Shown here piece after piece: positions 13,581-36,496 of a stretch of DNA of 64,000 bases. The notes beneath the pieces were generated by a model that did not search any database, was not told the origin of the DNA, and saw nothing but the letters and a program-made list of their open reading frames with translations. The position numbers and the translations under genes were made by a program. Source of the DNA: Amoebidium appalachense (Eukaryota; Protista; Ichthyosporea); the NCBI GenBank assembly GCA_963693365.1, contig CAVNZM010000003.1:8786046-8850045 (forward strand), written 5' to 3'. The stretch's first letter is position 1. Every line of letters begins with the position of its first letter.

Positions 13581-14208
13581 TGTGGAATGTGAAATCGATA
13601 AGCCAATCAAAAGAACGAAAACTCTTTTATCCAACCAGAAAGACGAAAACTATGAGGGTAAAATAAATCGATCGAAATGCCTGTCGACACAAAGAAGATA
13701 AAACACAATCTTCTAATAAAAGTAATCTTCTAACGAAAGTACGGAAACATTTAACAAAATGAAACCACTTATGTATCTATTAGTTCACATCATATATTTA
13801 TACATGTTCTTAACATAACATGTCTAAATATAACTATTCCTAATAGTTGGGGAACATAGAGCAATTCTACATCGTGGGAAAAGAAGGAAAAGGAATGAGG
13901 ATAGAAAGCGGAATGGAAAGGGAAAGGAATCGAGTAGAATTAATGAGGAATGTAGGTTACTATATTTGGGAAAATATAACGAGATCTGATTGGACAACTT
14001 ATTTAGACATTGACGCAAACAACAACACGTGTGCGCGGGCTAAATAGCTCGATGTGTACACAGATCTAAGATATCTGTGTACACGGAAACGGAAAGGAAA
14101 GAAAGAAAGGAAGAAAGGAAAAGGGAAAAGGAAACGAACTACAACAAACTAATAAACATGTGTAAAACTCAACTTCTAAGTCTTGCCGTTAATCATGGGT
14201 AGATGACA
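13581..14208 (-). repeat. 3' LTR (~628 bp)
   Basis: TGTGGAATGTG...GGGTAGATGACA; direct repeat of 16140-16764; contains a 12-bp hairpin GTGTACACAGAT-N7-ATCTGTGTACAC at 14054-14084. Confidence 0.92.
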
Positions 14209-14661
14209 TCTCCACTCAAGGGTTGGAAGTTGGGTATGTGTGACGTGTTGGTGGCTAATATTTTATACTGGGGCCCACCCAGATAAACACAAGGCATAAA
14301 CATCTTGTGGACTGATTTATAGACTGGTACTCAACCAGTTAAGACACGGGGAAGGTACGTCCCGACTCGGAGGCCACTAGGTTTAGACTGGCAGTCAACC
14401 AGCACGCCATGGCTATAGATATTTATTTACTGGGACGCCATCCCAGTTCGACATATACATAAGTCGAATATAAAAGAAAACCAATATATATGGTGGTATA
14501 TAAATAAACGACGGATGGTGGAGAAGGAATTTCCCACTGAAGATGCACACACTGAAGATCGATGAAGACAGCAGTAGACTATCGTTGGGAGGTGTCCCTA
14601 CACGATGATGTGTAGACCACTGGCCAGAGCCCCAACCTACTTGAAGACCACTGTAAATGAA

Positions 14662-14699
<38 letters not shown>

Positions 14700-14700
14700 C

Positions 14701-16085
14701 TCAGTCACGAACTTGAAGACTGAGGGAAGCACGGTGCTGCTCGAGGGAGGGCCCTGAGGCAGGGCCTTGGTGAAGATGTCGGCCACGTTGTCCTTGGTGG
14801 ACACGTAGGTGACGACCACATCCACACTCTTGATGTAGTCCTTCGTGTTGTGGTACTACCGGACGGCAATGTGTTTGGTCCGGTGCTTGATGCTGTTGGT
14901 GTGCAGGGTCATGTTGATGATGCCACAGTGTGTGGCAGGGACGGTGCCCAGGCCTTGAATGGGGATGGGGGTACACGGGGTAAGGGTGGAGAAATACTCC
15001 TTGATGGGGCAGATGTGTGCATTGCAGGCGCTGTCCCAGACGGGGTCGTCACGGTGTGGTGTGCCGGTGGATGAGATGGGTGCAAAGTGTACACTCTTGT
15101 TGCCTTTCTCCTGTTTGGCACGACGAGCAACAGCACAGCCAGGTTCTGGGCAAGATGTGATGTGGTGGGGTTCATGGCAATAGGAACACTCCACTCTCTT
15201 GTTGTTGTGCTGTCGGTTACGGTTGTCCCTGTTACCACGGGGGTAAGGGGAAGTTGAACGGGGGCCGGGTGACTTGGACGGACGATGATCACGGGGACGG
15301 GACGGGGAGCGGTGAGGTGTACTCTCACGGCGAGGGATACGGTTACGGAGGTCACCGGGCGGGAGCATTCTGCTCTGAAGTCCTCGAAGAGGACGGTTGT
15401 TGACGGTTGCACCAGTGCCTGCGTCGATGAGGCCGGCACGGATTTCAGCTCCGCGGATGTCGCTGATGAGCTGGTTGAAGGATGGGTAATTCTTGTTGTT
15501 CATCCAGTAGTCGGAGCAGAGACGTTCAATGTCAGTGCAGACTAGGGCGGTGTTCTTGCGTAGGTGAAGAAAGAACTTGCGCACGACATCCTTGTGTTGG
15601 ACGGGCTCGTCTAGGCAGGCAAGGGTCGTAGCCAGACGTTGGAGGCGGGTTAGGTACGCTGTGACGTTAGGGAAGTCTCGTAGTTCAAGCTCCTCGTAGG
15701 TGACTTGAATCTGAGTGACGCGAGCCTCCTTCTCTGCCACATAAGCCATACGCAGGTTATGGAAGACTTCTCCACCGTGAACACCGTCTTGCATGCGGCC
15801 GGAGTCGTAGAGCTCTGTAGGATGAACGGACTGGTTGAGAATTTGGTCGAGGACGTCGGAAGCTTTCTTGTAGGCGTCCTTGGTGCCGTAGCCTAGCCAC
15901 TGGTTGTCGTCGGAGCCGTCAACCCACTGTGGTGCCTTGATGGCGTCAACAAATTTCTCGGCAATGGTGGTTCTTATGAAACGGTGGATTAGTGGCTCCC
16001 ATTCGAAATAATTGAGACACTTATCGTCCTTCTTCTCGGACGGATTCCATTGTGGAAGGTTGATGTACGACGGTTTGTCAGTCAT
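14701..16085 (-). pseudogene. Copia gag + zinc knuckle + aspartic protease joined directly to the RNase H tail (IN and RT deleted)
   Basis: 409-aa ORF with a gag-like region (YFEWEPLI..., VTAYLTRLQRLATTLA), knuckle CSYCHEPHHITSC and protease-like VWDSACNAHICP. An in-frame TAG (14856-14858) falls inside the RNase H motif, with a likely frameshift near 14750. Confidence 0.88.
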
Positions 16086-16139
16086 GGTTGAAGCAGTATG
16101 TACGGAGGAATTTCGCGGTTGTAACGAGATTGTGTATAC

Positions 16140-16764
16140 TGAGGAATGTGAATCGATAAGCCAATCAAAAGAACGAAAACTCTTTTATCCAATCAGAAAG
16201 ACGAAAACTATGAGGGTAAAATAAATCGAGCGAAATGCCTGTCGACACAAAGAAGATAAAACGCAATCTTCTAATAAAAGTAATCTTCTAATGAAAGTAC
16301 GGAAACATTTAACAAAATGAAACCACTTATGTATCTATTAGTTCACATCATATATTTATACATGTTCTTAACATAACACGTCTAAATATAAGTATTCCTA
16401 ATAGTTGGGGAACATAGAGCAATTCTACGTCGTGGGAAAAGAAGGAAAAGGAATGAGGATAGAAAGGAATGGAATGGGAAAGGAATCGAGTAGAATTAAT
16501 GAGGAATGTAGGTTACTATATTTGGGAAAATATAACGAGATCTGATTGGACAACTTATTTAGACATTGACGCAAACAACAATACGTGTGCGCGGGCTAAA
16601 TAGCTCGATGTGTACACAGATCTAAGATATCTGTGTACACGGAAACGGAAAGGAAAGAAAGAAAGGAAGAAAGGAAAAGGGAAAAGGAAACGAACTACAA
16701 CAGACTAATAAACATGTGTAAAACTCAACTTCTAAGTCTTGCCGTTAATCATGGGTAGATGACA
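16140..16764 (-). repeat. 5' LTR (~625 bp)
   Basis: TGAGGAATGTG...GGGTAGATGACA; lies upstream of the gag ATG (16085) on the minus strand. Confidence 0.92.
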
Positions 16765-17768
16765 ATGACTGGGTTTGCTTGCATGCATTCTGTAGAAGTT
16801 GTGTTTTCCTGTGTGTCCTGCCACAACTAGGCCACCTTATCAAAGAGTTAGAGACAGCTTCTGCGGGTTTTCTAAAGGACGGGCCCGCGGGGATTGTTTT
16901 CTCGCTCGGATTTGGTCTGCATTGCTCTTTAAAGGGCTGACTTGCTTGCTGTGCCCCAGTACTAGTAGGTTTTGAGGGGGGCCTGTTGGGGGGCAGCAGT
17001 AATGATGTCTTCTTGCGGAGTGTGGCCTGGTCATCATCGCTGCATATGACTAGTTGGAGCAAACTAGTTTCACGCATACACGTGCACTTGTACCTTTTCC
17101 CGCTGGTGTCCTTTGGTCACTTGTTGTTTTATTTTTTATTTCAACGCTGTGGCTCTTTCGAAATCGGTTATTTTGGTGGTCATGTAGCCTGTGGCTGCAC
17201 GTTACCTTCATATCCACTGGACCACTCATCAATAAATCCCAGTCAAGAGAAAAAAATTACTAACGTTGACTTGGTGATACAGAGATACCGTGGCCCCTGA
17301 GTTGATTGACTCGGAGCTGATGTATCATGTCATATGCATGGGGTGACGCAGTGACAGTGACCGGAATAATGACGTCATGGGGCCAGATTGGCGCCCAAGG
17401 CCCAAAACCGCTAGGACGTGTGTCAGCTGTGTGTATTATGGTGGTTCTGTGTAGACACTTTAAATTTGGCGATGTAATTACACCGCAGGTAGAGGGGTGG
17501 TGGGGGGAGGGGGAGGGGGGAGTGGGGCCTAGGGAGGGGGGGGGAAGGGGGCCGGGGGGGGGGGGGGGGGGGGGGGGGGGAGGGGGGGGGGCACGGGACC
17601 CCTTGAAGGGGTTAAGGGAGGGGGCCTGGGGGAGGGGGGGGGAGGGGAGAAGAGGGGCATGGGGGGGTATTGGGGGGGGGGGGGAAGGGGAGGGGCACGG
17701 GGCCTCGTTAAGAAAGGGGAACTGGGGGAGGGGAGGGGGGGGGAGAAGGGGGGCACAGGGGGGTATTT

Positions 17769-17810
<42 letters not shown>

Positions 17811-18425
17811 CGGGAGGGGGGCCGGGAGGGGGCCCTTCTGTGAGCATGCACATGTTTGGGTAGGTGCGCACGCACATATAAATGTTCGTGCATGCGTGTG
17901 TGCAGTCTTTGTGTGTGTGCACACTTTTGACACGTGTGTGTGTTTGTGTGCGTGTGTGTGTCTGTCTGTATGCGTGTGCCTTTGTGCATATGTATGTGCG
18001 AGCAAGTCTGTGTGTAACCAAGGCACTGGGAGAAAAGGAAGGGGTGACGGAGGGGGGGGGAGGGGAGAGGGGTGGGGAGGAGGGGAGGGGGGGGGGGGGG
18101 GGGGGGGGGGGATGGGGCTTCTAAGACTGAGCCAAACGGTTCCTGTGCACATTGTCCGTAGGTAGTAACAATTGGTGGTGGTGTGGTATTTAGAGTTTAT
18201 GTTATACCGAGTGGTGGAAACAATAGAAATCTGCATGATGGGTATGATGACCATAAATGAGATATCCTCACTTGAGATATTTTCGACTATACTATGTTAC
18301 TTGGGGTCCAGAGCAAAACTTCTACTACTCGGTCACAAGTCATGCTTCAAGGTCCTTGTCAATCGGGCGGGCAGGTGAAGAAGGCCTGGGAAGTGGATTT
18401 TTTTTTTCTTTTTTTCTTTTTTTTT

Positions 18426-18474
<49 letters not shown>

Positions 18475-19158
18475 TAGTGGTGGTGGTGGTGTGGTGGTGG
18501 TGGTAGGGGAGGGGGGAGGGGGTGGAGAGGAGGGGGCTTATAATCATTAACTTTACAGATTTTGCCAAACGATGGTCATTGCACTAATAAATAACGGGAT
18601 TAGTATCCCTTCTTAGAGTTGTGGGAAACAGCTTATGAAGAGCTATCCAACGGCAGGCTGGGGGAGCGGGGGAGGAAGGGTGGGGGCGAGGGTAGGAAGG
18701 GGGAGGGACAAGAAGGGCGGTGGTTTTCTTTTCTTTTCTTTTCTTTTCTTTTCTTTTCTTTTCTTTCTTTCTTTCTTTCTTGCTTTCTTTTTCTTTCTTT
18801 CTTTCTTTCTTTTTGGCTGAGGGGGGGGGGGGGGGGGGGGGGGGGGGGAGAGGGGGGAGGCAGTAAGGTGGTCACCCAGAGAAACGGTTTAGAAAAAACA
18901 GAAATGGCACAAGCTTAGAAGTATTGCTGATTGCTTCCGGAAGGACCGGTAGCTTCATGTCAGTGCAATCATTAACACAGGCGTGTTACGTGATTGCTCC
19001 CCCCCCCCCCCCCCCCCCTCCCAGCCAAATAATACGATAAAATGCACGCACGCACGTTCGCACGCACGTTCGCATGCACGTTCGCACGCACACACGCACG
19101 CACGCATGCACACAGCCACGCACGCACGCACACACACGTGCACGCTTGGCTGCGTTCA

Positions 19159-19201
<43 letters not shown>

Positions 19202-19312
19202 AGAAAAAAAAAAAAAAAAAAAAAGGGAAGAGAAAAAACCACATGCAGGCCTGTACACAGGTAAGCTCACACGGACAAACAAGAGACGCGCGCTACACAG
19301 ACACACACACGC

Positions 19313-19345
<33 letters not shown>

Positions 19346-19534
19346 CACACACACGCACACACATACGCGCGCACACTGCCGCACACAAACACACACACCG
19401 AAAGTTGTTCACAGAACCCATAATGTACTTAACATCTATCTCAAATATGCACCATCCGGCTTCAGCTCATGACTTTCAGTTCTTCAATAATGATTTTGAT
19501 GGCATTATCGTCATAGTCCCTTCCCCCTCCGGAG

Positions 19535-19570
<36 letters not shown>

Positions 19571-19676
19571 CTCCCTCCTTCCTTCCTTCTCTTCCTTCCT
19601 TCCTTCCTTCTCTTCCTTGCGATCGGTTGTGGGGAGGTGGTAGAACCGGTGGTGGGGGATGGCGGAGTTGGCTTTT

Positions 19677-19708
<32 letters not shown>

Positions 19709-19732
19709 TTTTTTTTGTTGTTTGTTCTTCCT

Positions 19733-19786
<54 letters not shown>

Positions 19787-20136
19787 GGAAAAAGGGTTAA
19801 TGGCAATAAAGTCAGGGAAACGTGGGCGGTGGAAGAATATGGGAGGGTTAAAAGGTAATCAACAGACGTGGTGTAGCAAGAAAATCACTGTGTGCACATA
19901 ATACTTGGCACACTGCGTGCCGCTTTATTCACACAAACCCCTTATTTTTTCTCTTTATAAAAAGAGTACAAAGTACACCTAGCTGGTTACAATACAAACC
20001 TCTAGAGCATCCGTTCTCACAATGATAATTCACTTCAATAAGTTTGATTCTTCTGACTCCAAATGAATCTGAAACAAGGCACATCAATTAATGTGAAACA
20101 CGGCGGCAAAATCACTGACCTATTAAGGGCGTCAAC

Positions 20137-21672
20137 TCACATTACACCATATTTGGCAAGCGCCTGACGTATCATCACATCCAGATTCCCCACGGGCCAC
20201 CCACACAGCATCCCTTTAGACTTTGCACACTTGCACGTGACATGGGGAATACTTTCCTCCCACTTCACTCCACCCCCAGCGCACACCTTAAACAAGAGTC
20301 CACGCGAAAACGCAACACCCAATAGCAGAACCACGTCGAGAAAAGATTGGTTGGCGGGGAGATAAGCCTCAAACACAGCTTGGGAATTTTGGGCAATTTG
20401 TGCGTTTTGGGCCTGGAAAGCGTAAACAATGCGATAGGTACCAATGCCCGGGTATTCTGGTAAATCCTCTGCTGCGTGGTGATAGAGGCTCATGATTCCG
20501 GGTGGGGATCCACCCGTGGGCACTCCCAGAGCCTGTGCCATTAGAACGCTTGTGCTGTCGCATGGATTCGTTCCCAAAAGAGTTTCTACGATGTGCGTGT
20601 TTCTGTTGAGAACGGCAGGTAAAGGGTGGTTTGGAAAACTGTTGATACATAAACTTTTTACGGTTTGCAGCAGCTGTGGCGGCCGGCTTCTTGCCAGTTG
20701 CATCGCATGTTGTTGCAGTTGCATTGCTTGTTGTTGCAACGCCTGTTGTTGCAGCAACTGCTGTGTCAATGCAATGGTATAACCTCCGAAAGACAACGTG
20801 CCTGGTGCAGTTACAGCTATAGCCGTATTAGGAACAGCATTGAAGTTGGCATAAAGTGGATTCCGTGCGAGTGTGATACTACGTTCATAATAGATGGCGT
20901 AAAGAGGAAGAACACGGTTGTTGTGGTAGACAACATACTCTTTAAAGGCCTGTTGGTGGGAGTCTAGGTGCCGTTTCCCCACAACGCTGTGGTACCCCGG
21001 TGGCTCTTTAATAAGCTTAGCGTCAACTGTACCTGTTGCATACTCATAAGGCCTCCCCAACACCACTTTACATAGCAAAACGAGTTTTTCCGGGCCTGGA
21101 CGTTTTCCTGAATAGTCGTTTGCCTTCCTGACATCATCTGCAAAGTAGAGCCCCTTACCGAAAAGACCGATGTTTGACAAGCGGAGATCTAATCCTTCAT
21201 TCGCAATTGACTCAATGCTTGCGCCCGTGCAGTGAAACAAAAACCGATGGTTTTGTTCTCCGCTCCCCGGCGTTTCCATGTCCATGAGTGTTCGTTCGAG
21301 CTGAAAACGCATTACCTGGGCGATGTTTTGGAACCGATAAATCTTCGTCGCAAAAAGACCCAGCTCTTCCCCTCCTCTGCCCTGCATGTAAGAAACAACA
21401 CCGTTTGCCTCTTCGGAGCTGAGGGGCACAGAAACGAATTTGTGCAAACAGTGAAATCCCACTACTCCGGCGCAAGAGGTTTCTCGGCATGGGGTCCATG
21501 TGTTGGGCCATGGAAAGGCTTGGGCGTCGAAACTGAGAGCGGAGCTTCGTGTGGGATCATAGTTGCTGGCAACAACATCAGTTGGGTGTGGTGATGGGTG
21601 GATGTTCATAAGTGTGGATGAGGAGGAGGAATGAGTGATGGGTGGTGCTTGGTAGGGTTGTGAGGAGAACAT
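20137..21672 (-). CDS. PARP (ARTD) catalytic domain fused to a Deltex C-terminal (DTC)-like domain; intronless, 511 aa
   Basis: PARP motifs RFLFHCT, GLFGKGLYFADDVRKANDYS, LLCKVVLG, PPGYHSVVG, FKEYVVY and VLPLYAIYY give an H-Y-E triad. A poly-Q linker follows. The C-terminus GVPTGGSPPGIM...LPEYPGIGTYRIVY...AYLPAN...VVLLLGVAFSRGLLFKV...VKW...IPHVT...GWP...LAKYGV follows the DTC pattern (TG.QP.G.M, LPG...TI.I.Y, AYLP, LL..AF...L.F, V.W..IHHKT, GYP, L...G). Confidence 0.9.
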   Translation of the reverse strand: MFSSQPYQAPPITHSSSSSTLMNIHPSPHPTDVVASNYDPTRSSALSFDAQAFPWPNTWTPCRETSCAGVVGFHCLHKFVSVPLSSEEANGVVSYMQGRGGEELGLFATKIYRFQNIAQVMRFQLERTLMDMETPGSGEQNHRFLFHCTGASIESIANEGLDLRLSNIGLFGKGLYFADDVRKANDYSGKRPGPEKLVLLCKVVLGRPYEYATGTVDAKLIKEPPGYHSVVGKRHLDSHQQAFKEYVVYHNNRVLPLYAIYYERSITLARNPLYANFNAVPNTAIAVTAPGTLSFGGYTIALTQQLLQQQALQQQAMQLQQHAMQLARSRPPQLLQTVKSLCINSFPNHPLPAVLNRNTHIVETLLGTNPCDSTSVLMAQALGVPTGGSPPGIMSLYHHAAEDLPEYPGIGTYRIVYAFQAQNAQIAQNSQAVFEAYLPANQSFLDVVLLLGVAFSRGLLFKVCAGGGVKWEESIPHVTCKCAKSKGMLCGWPVGNLDVMIRQALAKYGVM

Positions 21673-23013
21673 GACTGAGAGGGGTATGTACGTAGGTGCA
21701 TGTAATTACTAAGCAATCAGGTACAAAAAATGGGGGGAATAAGAGGTAATGGTGGGTAATAAAATGGCGCTGAGGTACTCGAAGTATTGATTAACGCGCA
21801 TACTGGAAGTTGTGTAGTGTGCGTCACAAGTTGTCATTTAGGCTAGCGCACTTGTGTTCAAAGTGTAATATCCCGGGAGAGGTTTGAGTGTTTCAAACGC
21901 ACACTTATTAACCGAGCGTCTTATGGAAATACTACAAGCAGTCCAACACGCTACCAAAAGAGGCCCCCGTTAAAAAGTTGAAGACGTCCATAGTATTAGA
22001 GTCCCGAACATAAAACATCGTCTGCGCTCATTCTCAAGCTTTCTTCTTTCTGCGAGCTCGAGTCATCTCAGCTGACGTGCCGCTGGCAAGAGTTTTCACC
22101 TTCTCGATTATTGATACTTCAGCTGCATGATATGTTTCCAATCAATAGTATTCAATACTTAGTAATATTTTGGTGATTGCATCATGACCATGAGTACGCA
22201 TATGAGTCATGAAAGCGGAGCCTCGGGGACAAATATTTGTACTTTTCAGGAAAAATAGCGTCCATCTAATATTCAGGGTTTTCAAAGAAACCCCTTAACT
22301 ATTATATAGTTAATTTAAATATTAATATTAGTTGGTGACGACGAGAACACGAAACAACGCCCGCGGCTGTTACCAGAAGCCAATCAAATCTATGTGACAC
22401 GTTTTATTTGTCTCCGGAAATCAGCGATTGCTAATTGGTTATTACAAGATCTTAGTTTATAGAGAACAAGTAGCTGCTGCACTATGATTGGTTGCTTCTT
22501 TGAAAAGTTTAGGGTGAGGCTCTTAACAAGATCGCGTTCCCGATATGGAAGGTGTCTCCAACCGTCACAAAGTAGACAAAAAGCAAAACAGGTCCGAAAA
22601 CTTCACAACTTCAAAGGGAGACAATTCAAGAAGAAAAACGAAACAACAATCGTCTATTTTTTATTTTGATAAAACCAACAAAAAAGTAGGAATGTGGTGG
22701 TGCATTTGTATAAAAAAAACTACGGTTGGAAATTAGACTACAGGGTAAAAACGGAAGAATATTTCCACATTTCTAGATTAGCCCCGTCCTTTTGTTGCTT
22801 CATGAAGTCGATTTTAACAAATAGTAGACATACACACATACATCTGTTTACAGAAACAAGCACACAACGCTAAGCCAATCCTGCTACAAAATCAACCTAA
22901 CGATACCTTACAGAGTTATAAACCATTTCTTTTGTTTCATACTTTGCCTTTTCAATGTTGTATGCCTATAAAACCGCTATGGTTCAAGAACGTTACACCA
23001 CAGACACAGCAAC

Positions 23014-33439
<10,426 letters not shown>

Positions 33440-33662
33440 CAACACCTCCCCCCCCCCCCCCCCCCCCCCTTTTCTTTCTCTCTCTCACACACAGGTACTT
33501 TCCATTTGCCTTCCCATGCCCTCGTTAAGCTGCTTGTTCGCACAAGGCACGTGGACACACACACCCACACAACCACACACACACACACACACACACACAC
33601 ATGCGCACACACGCACCCCCCCCCCCCCCCCACACACACACACACACGCACGCACGCACATG

Positions 33663-33782
<120 letters not shown>

Positions 33783-34774
33783 CGCACACACGCACACACA
33801 CAGTCACTTACACGAAAGCACCCTAACGCGCGCACCCACACGCACACACTTCACTCACACTTACACACACACACACAGCTAACGCCACATCATCCATTTC
33901 TGGATAGTGTTCTTGCGGTATGCTCGTAATGCACGAAAGTTCATATCTGTCAGCTTCAAAACGAGTGACCCATTCGATATTTCTTTAGTTAAATTTTTGT
34001 CACCGGTTAGCTAACATATGTCAAATTAGACTTATTTATTTACACGCAGGTAGTAGGGATCAGCTAAGAAGGCGCACGGACAACATGTGTGCGCTTACTC
34101 GTCTGCAATAGTTGTTTAATAAGTAACATACAAGCGATATATTTTTCGTGGAGTTTTTCCATCTTATGACAAGACACATAGGCTGCCATGAGCGCTTGTG
34201 TTAAACAGGTCAGCTAGCTATACGGAGAAACGAATACTAATTCGGTATAAACGAACGAGGGGTGATTTGCAAATTTGAATGACGATATGTGTGTGACGAA
34301 AGTCTTAACGTAGATTGTGGTGTGTATGGAAGTGTATTGAATGACCTTAATATCTATAGAATAGACAGCAAGAACCTCAAGTAGATGGCCTAAGATATCG
34401 ATAAGGATGGAATTTACCACAAGCCAGGCATGATGATTGCACGGTGATTCGTGAGATATCATGTGCAAGTTACATACTGTACACCAACATACATGCATGC
34501 CGTGGTATCTTGGCTGTCAGGAACGAAAAGAACACAATAAATGGTCGAGCTAAGTCTTGCAATGTCCGCAAAGCAGAAGTCATTGGGCCAGTTGGCACAC
34601 ATAACTATCCCCCCCCCCCCCCCCCCCCCCCCCACACACACACACCACCACCACCACCACCACACAATCACATGTAACACATAGTACCGTAGCATGACAC
34701 CGCGTGCACCACCACCAAGTTGTGAGCCTCACCCGGATGGCCATGATCGGCCGAGCTGTCCATGATATGCAGAT

Positions 34775-34833
34775 GTCCTGATATCGGGGCTGCCGTGAGG
34801 GTCCTGATATATATCGGGGCTGCCGTGAGGGTC
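34775..34833. repeat. Short tandem duplication (~26-30 bp x2)
   Basis: GTCCTGATATCGGGGCTGCCGTGAGG repeated, with an extra ATAT in the second copy. Confidence 0.8.
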
Positions 34834-35225
34834 TTCAATCACCCCAAAAAATTGCCCGTAGATACTCTCGACGTACAGGGCCCCAGAGGAGGGGGAGACC
34901 TAGGGCCCTACATAGGGGTTTCGGGGACTTGGGGGGGGGCAAGAGACACTGCCCCAGCACGAGACTCGGACGGTCGGCGTCGAGTCGTCGACGTCGCTGC
35001 ATGACTCCGAGTACCGAGTCTACGTTAGATCTGAGTAGACTGCCAAAAAGATCTATTCGGATCTATTTGGGGCTTTGCGCTATTTCATTGGCCAATGGAT
35101 TCATCATTTGTGCCCGCCCAGATCCGATGAAAACAAACCAAAACTGTTGCCTCTGAGTCGTTTTCAGTGGTCAAAACTTCAGTGACCCAACACAACTTTT
35201 TTGAACCTAGAGCTGAAACGTAGAA

Positions 35226-35802
35226 ATGGCACCTCTAGGCGTGGGCATAGTGGGCTACGGGGTGATGGGGCAGCGCATGGCGCGTATGATATTAAACCAT
35301 GGTGGGTTTAAAGTGGTGGCAGGCTTTGACCTCACTTCGGACCTGGTCCCCTCTGAGGTCAGAAAGGATACCCCGGAGGAGGTGTGCCGTGACCCGAACG
35401 TGCAGGTAAGCTCCCCCCTTCCAACCCCCCCCCCCCCCCCCCCCAACCTTCTCCGCCCCTTCCCCAATGTCTTTCCGAGTCCCGTCCCTGCACCTGCTCG
35501 CTTTTCTGGGTGATTATTGGTAGATCTCACAAGTTTCCCCCCTCACCGTTTACATACGCTGTTTTTATGTTTTTTGTGGGTGAATATGGATTTGGGGATT
35601 CAACAGGGACCATTGAGAGGGAGGCAACATGGGGCAGAAGCCTTCGAGTGTTCGCTTACACGTGTGAAGCATGCAAGAATGTACGGGTGCAAAGCACATA
35701 TGTACAGCACACACATTCACAGCAGCTTATGGAGAGTTGCATTCCTTGGCACATGCACATGCTTACACAAAGATCATGTTTATAAACCACACCCGAGCTG
35801 TC

Positions 35803-35838
<36 letters not shown>

Positions 35839-36258
35839 CCCCGCCCTCCGCGCCCCCGCCGCTTCCCCTGTCTTCCCCGTCCTCCCGCCCACCTCGCCAG
35901 TTTTGAGCTAGAGGGCTGGCCTCCCCTTTCTGATGTTTTGCTGTCACCTAAATTTAGCAAACATACTCATGATCACCGTCTGATCTTAAGAATATTCCAG
36001 CGAACTTTGTTCTTGCACAAAGGAAACGAAAGGATTTGTTATCTTTTACAGGGAATGCTGATTCAATTTTTAGGTGACTGGATGGTTTTTCTGCCTTGCA
36101 CACGACCTGCTCGTTCGCATTACATTTTGGCCCCCCCCTCCCCCCCCCCCCCCCCCCCCCCCCCCCTCCCCCCCCTCCCCCTTCCCTTTTCCCCTTCGTC
36201 TCTCCTCCTCCCCTCGCCGGCGAATATCGAGATTTCACGAAACAACCTCTCACTCAGC

Positions 36259-36298
<40 letters not shown>

Positions 36299-36464
36299 AC
36301 CCGCTCATACACACGTGTTGATGATTTTTTGCACGACATCGTCCGTGCAGTGAACAAACACCTAAGAACAAACACTCCGATGGCATATAGTGTGTGTGTG
36401 TATCTATATATATCTTTGTGGGGGGGGAGGGGTGAGGTTTTCTTTCTTTCTTTCTTTCTTTTTT

Positions 36465-36496
<32 letters not shown>

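Larger units (their letters stand above)
13581..16764 (-). mobile_element. Ty1/copia LTR retrotransposon, internally deleted and non-autonomous
   Basis: Two ~98%-identical direct repeats with TG...CA ends enclose a minus-strand gag-protease ORF fused to the copia RNase H C-terminus (RTKHIAVR*YH...YVSTKDNVADIFTKAL). A PPT-like TTGAGTGGAGA lies immediately before the 3' LTR on the minus strand. No clean TSD or canonical PBS was seen. Confidence 0.92.

Noticed and set aside
16765-18380. Coding exons right of the LTR element
   Set aside because: Non-repetitive islands are present, but I found no recognisable motif or consistent splice chain.
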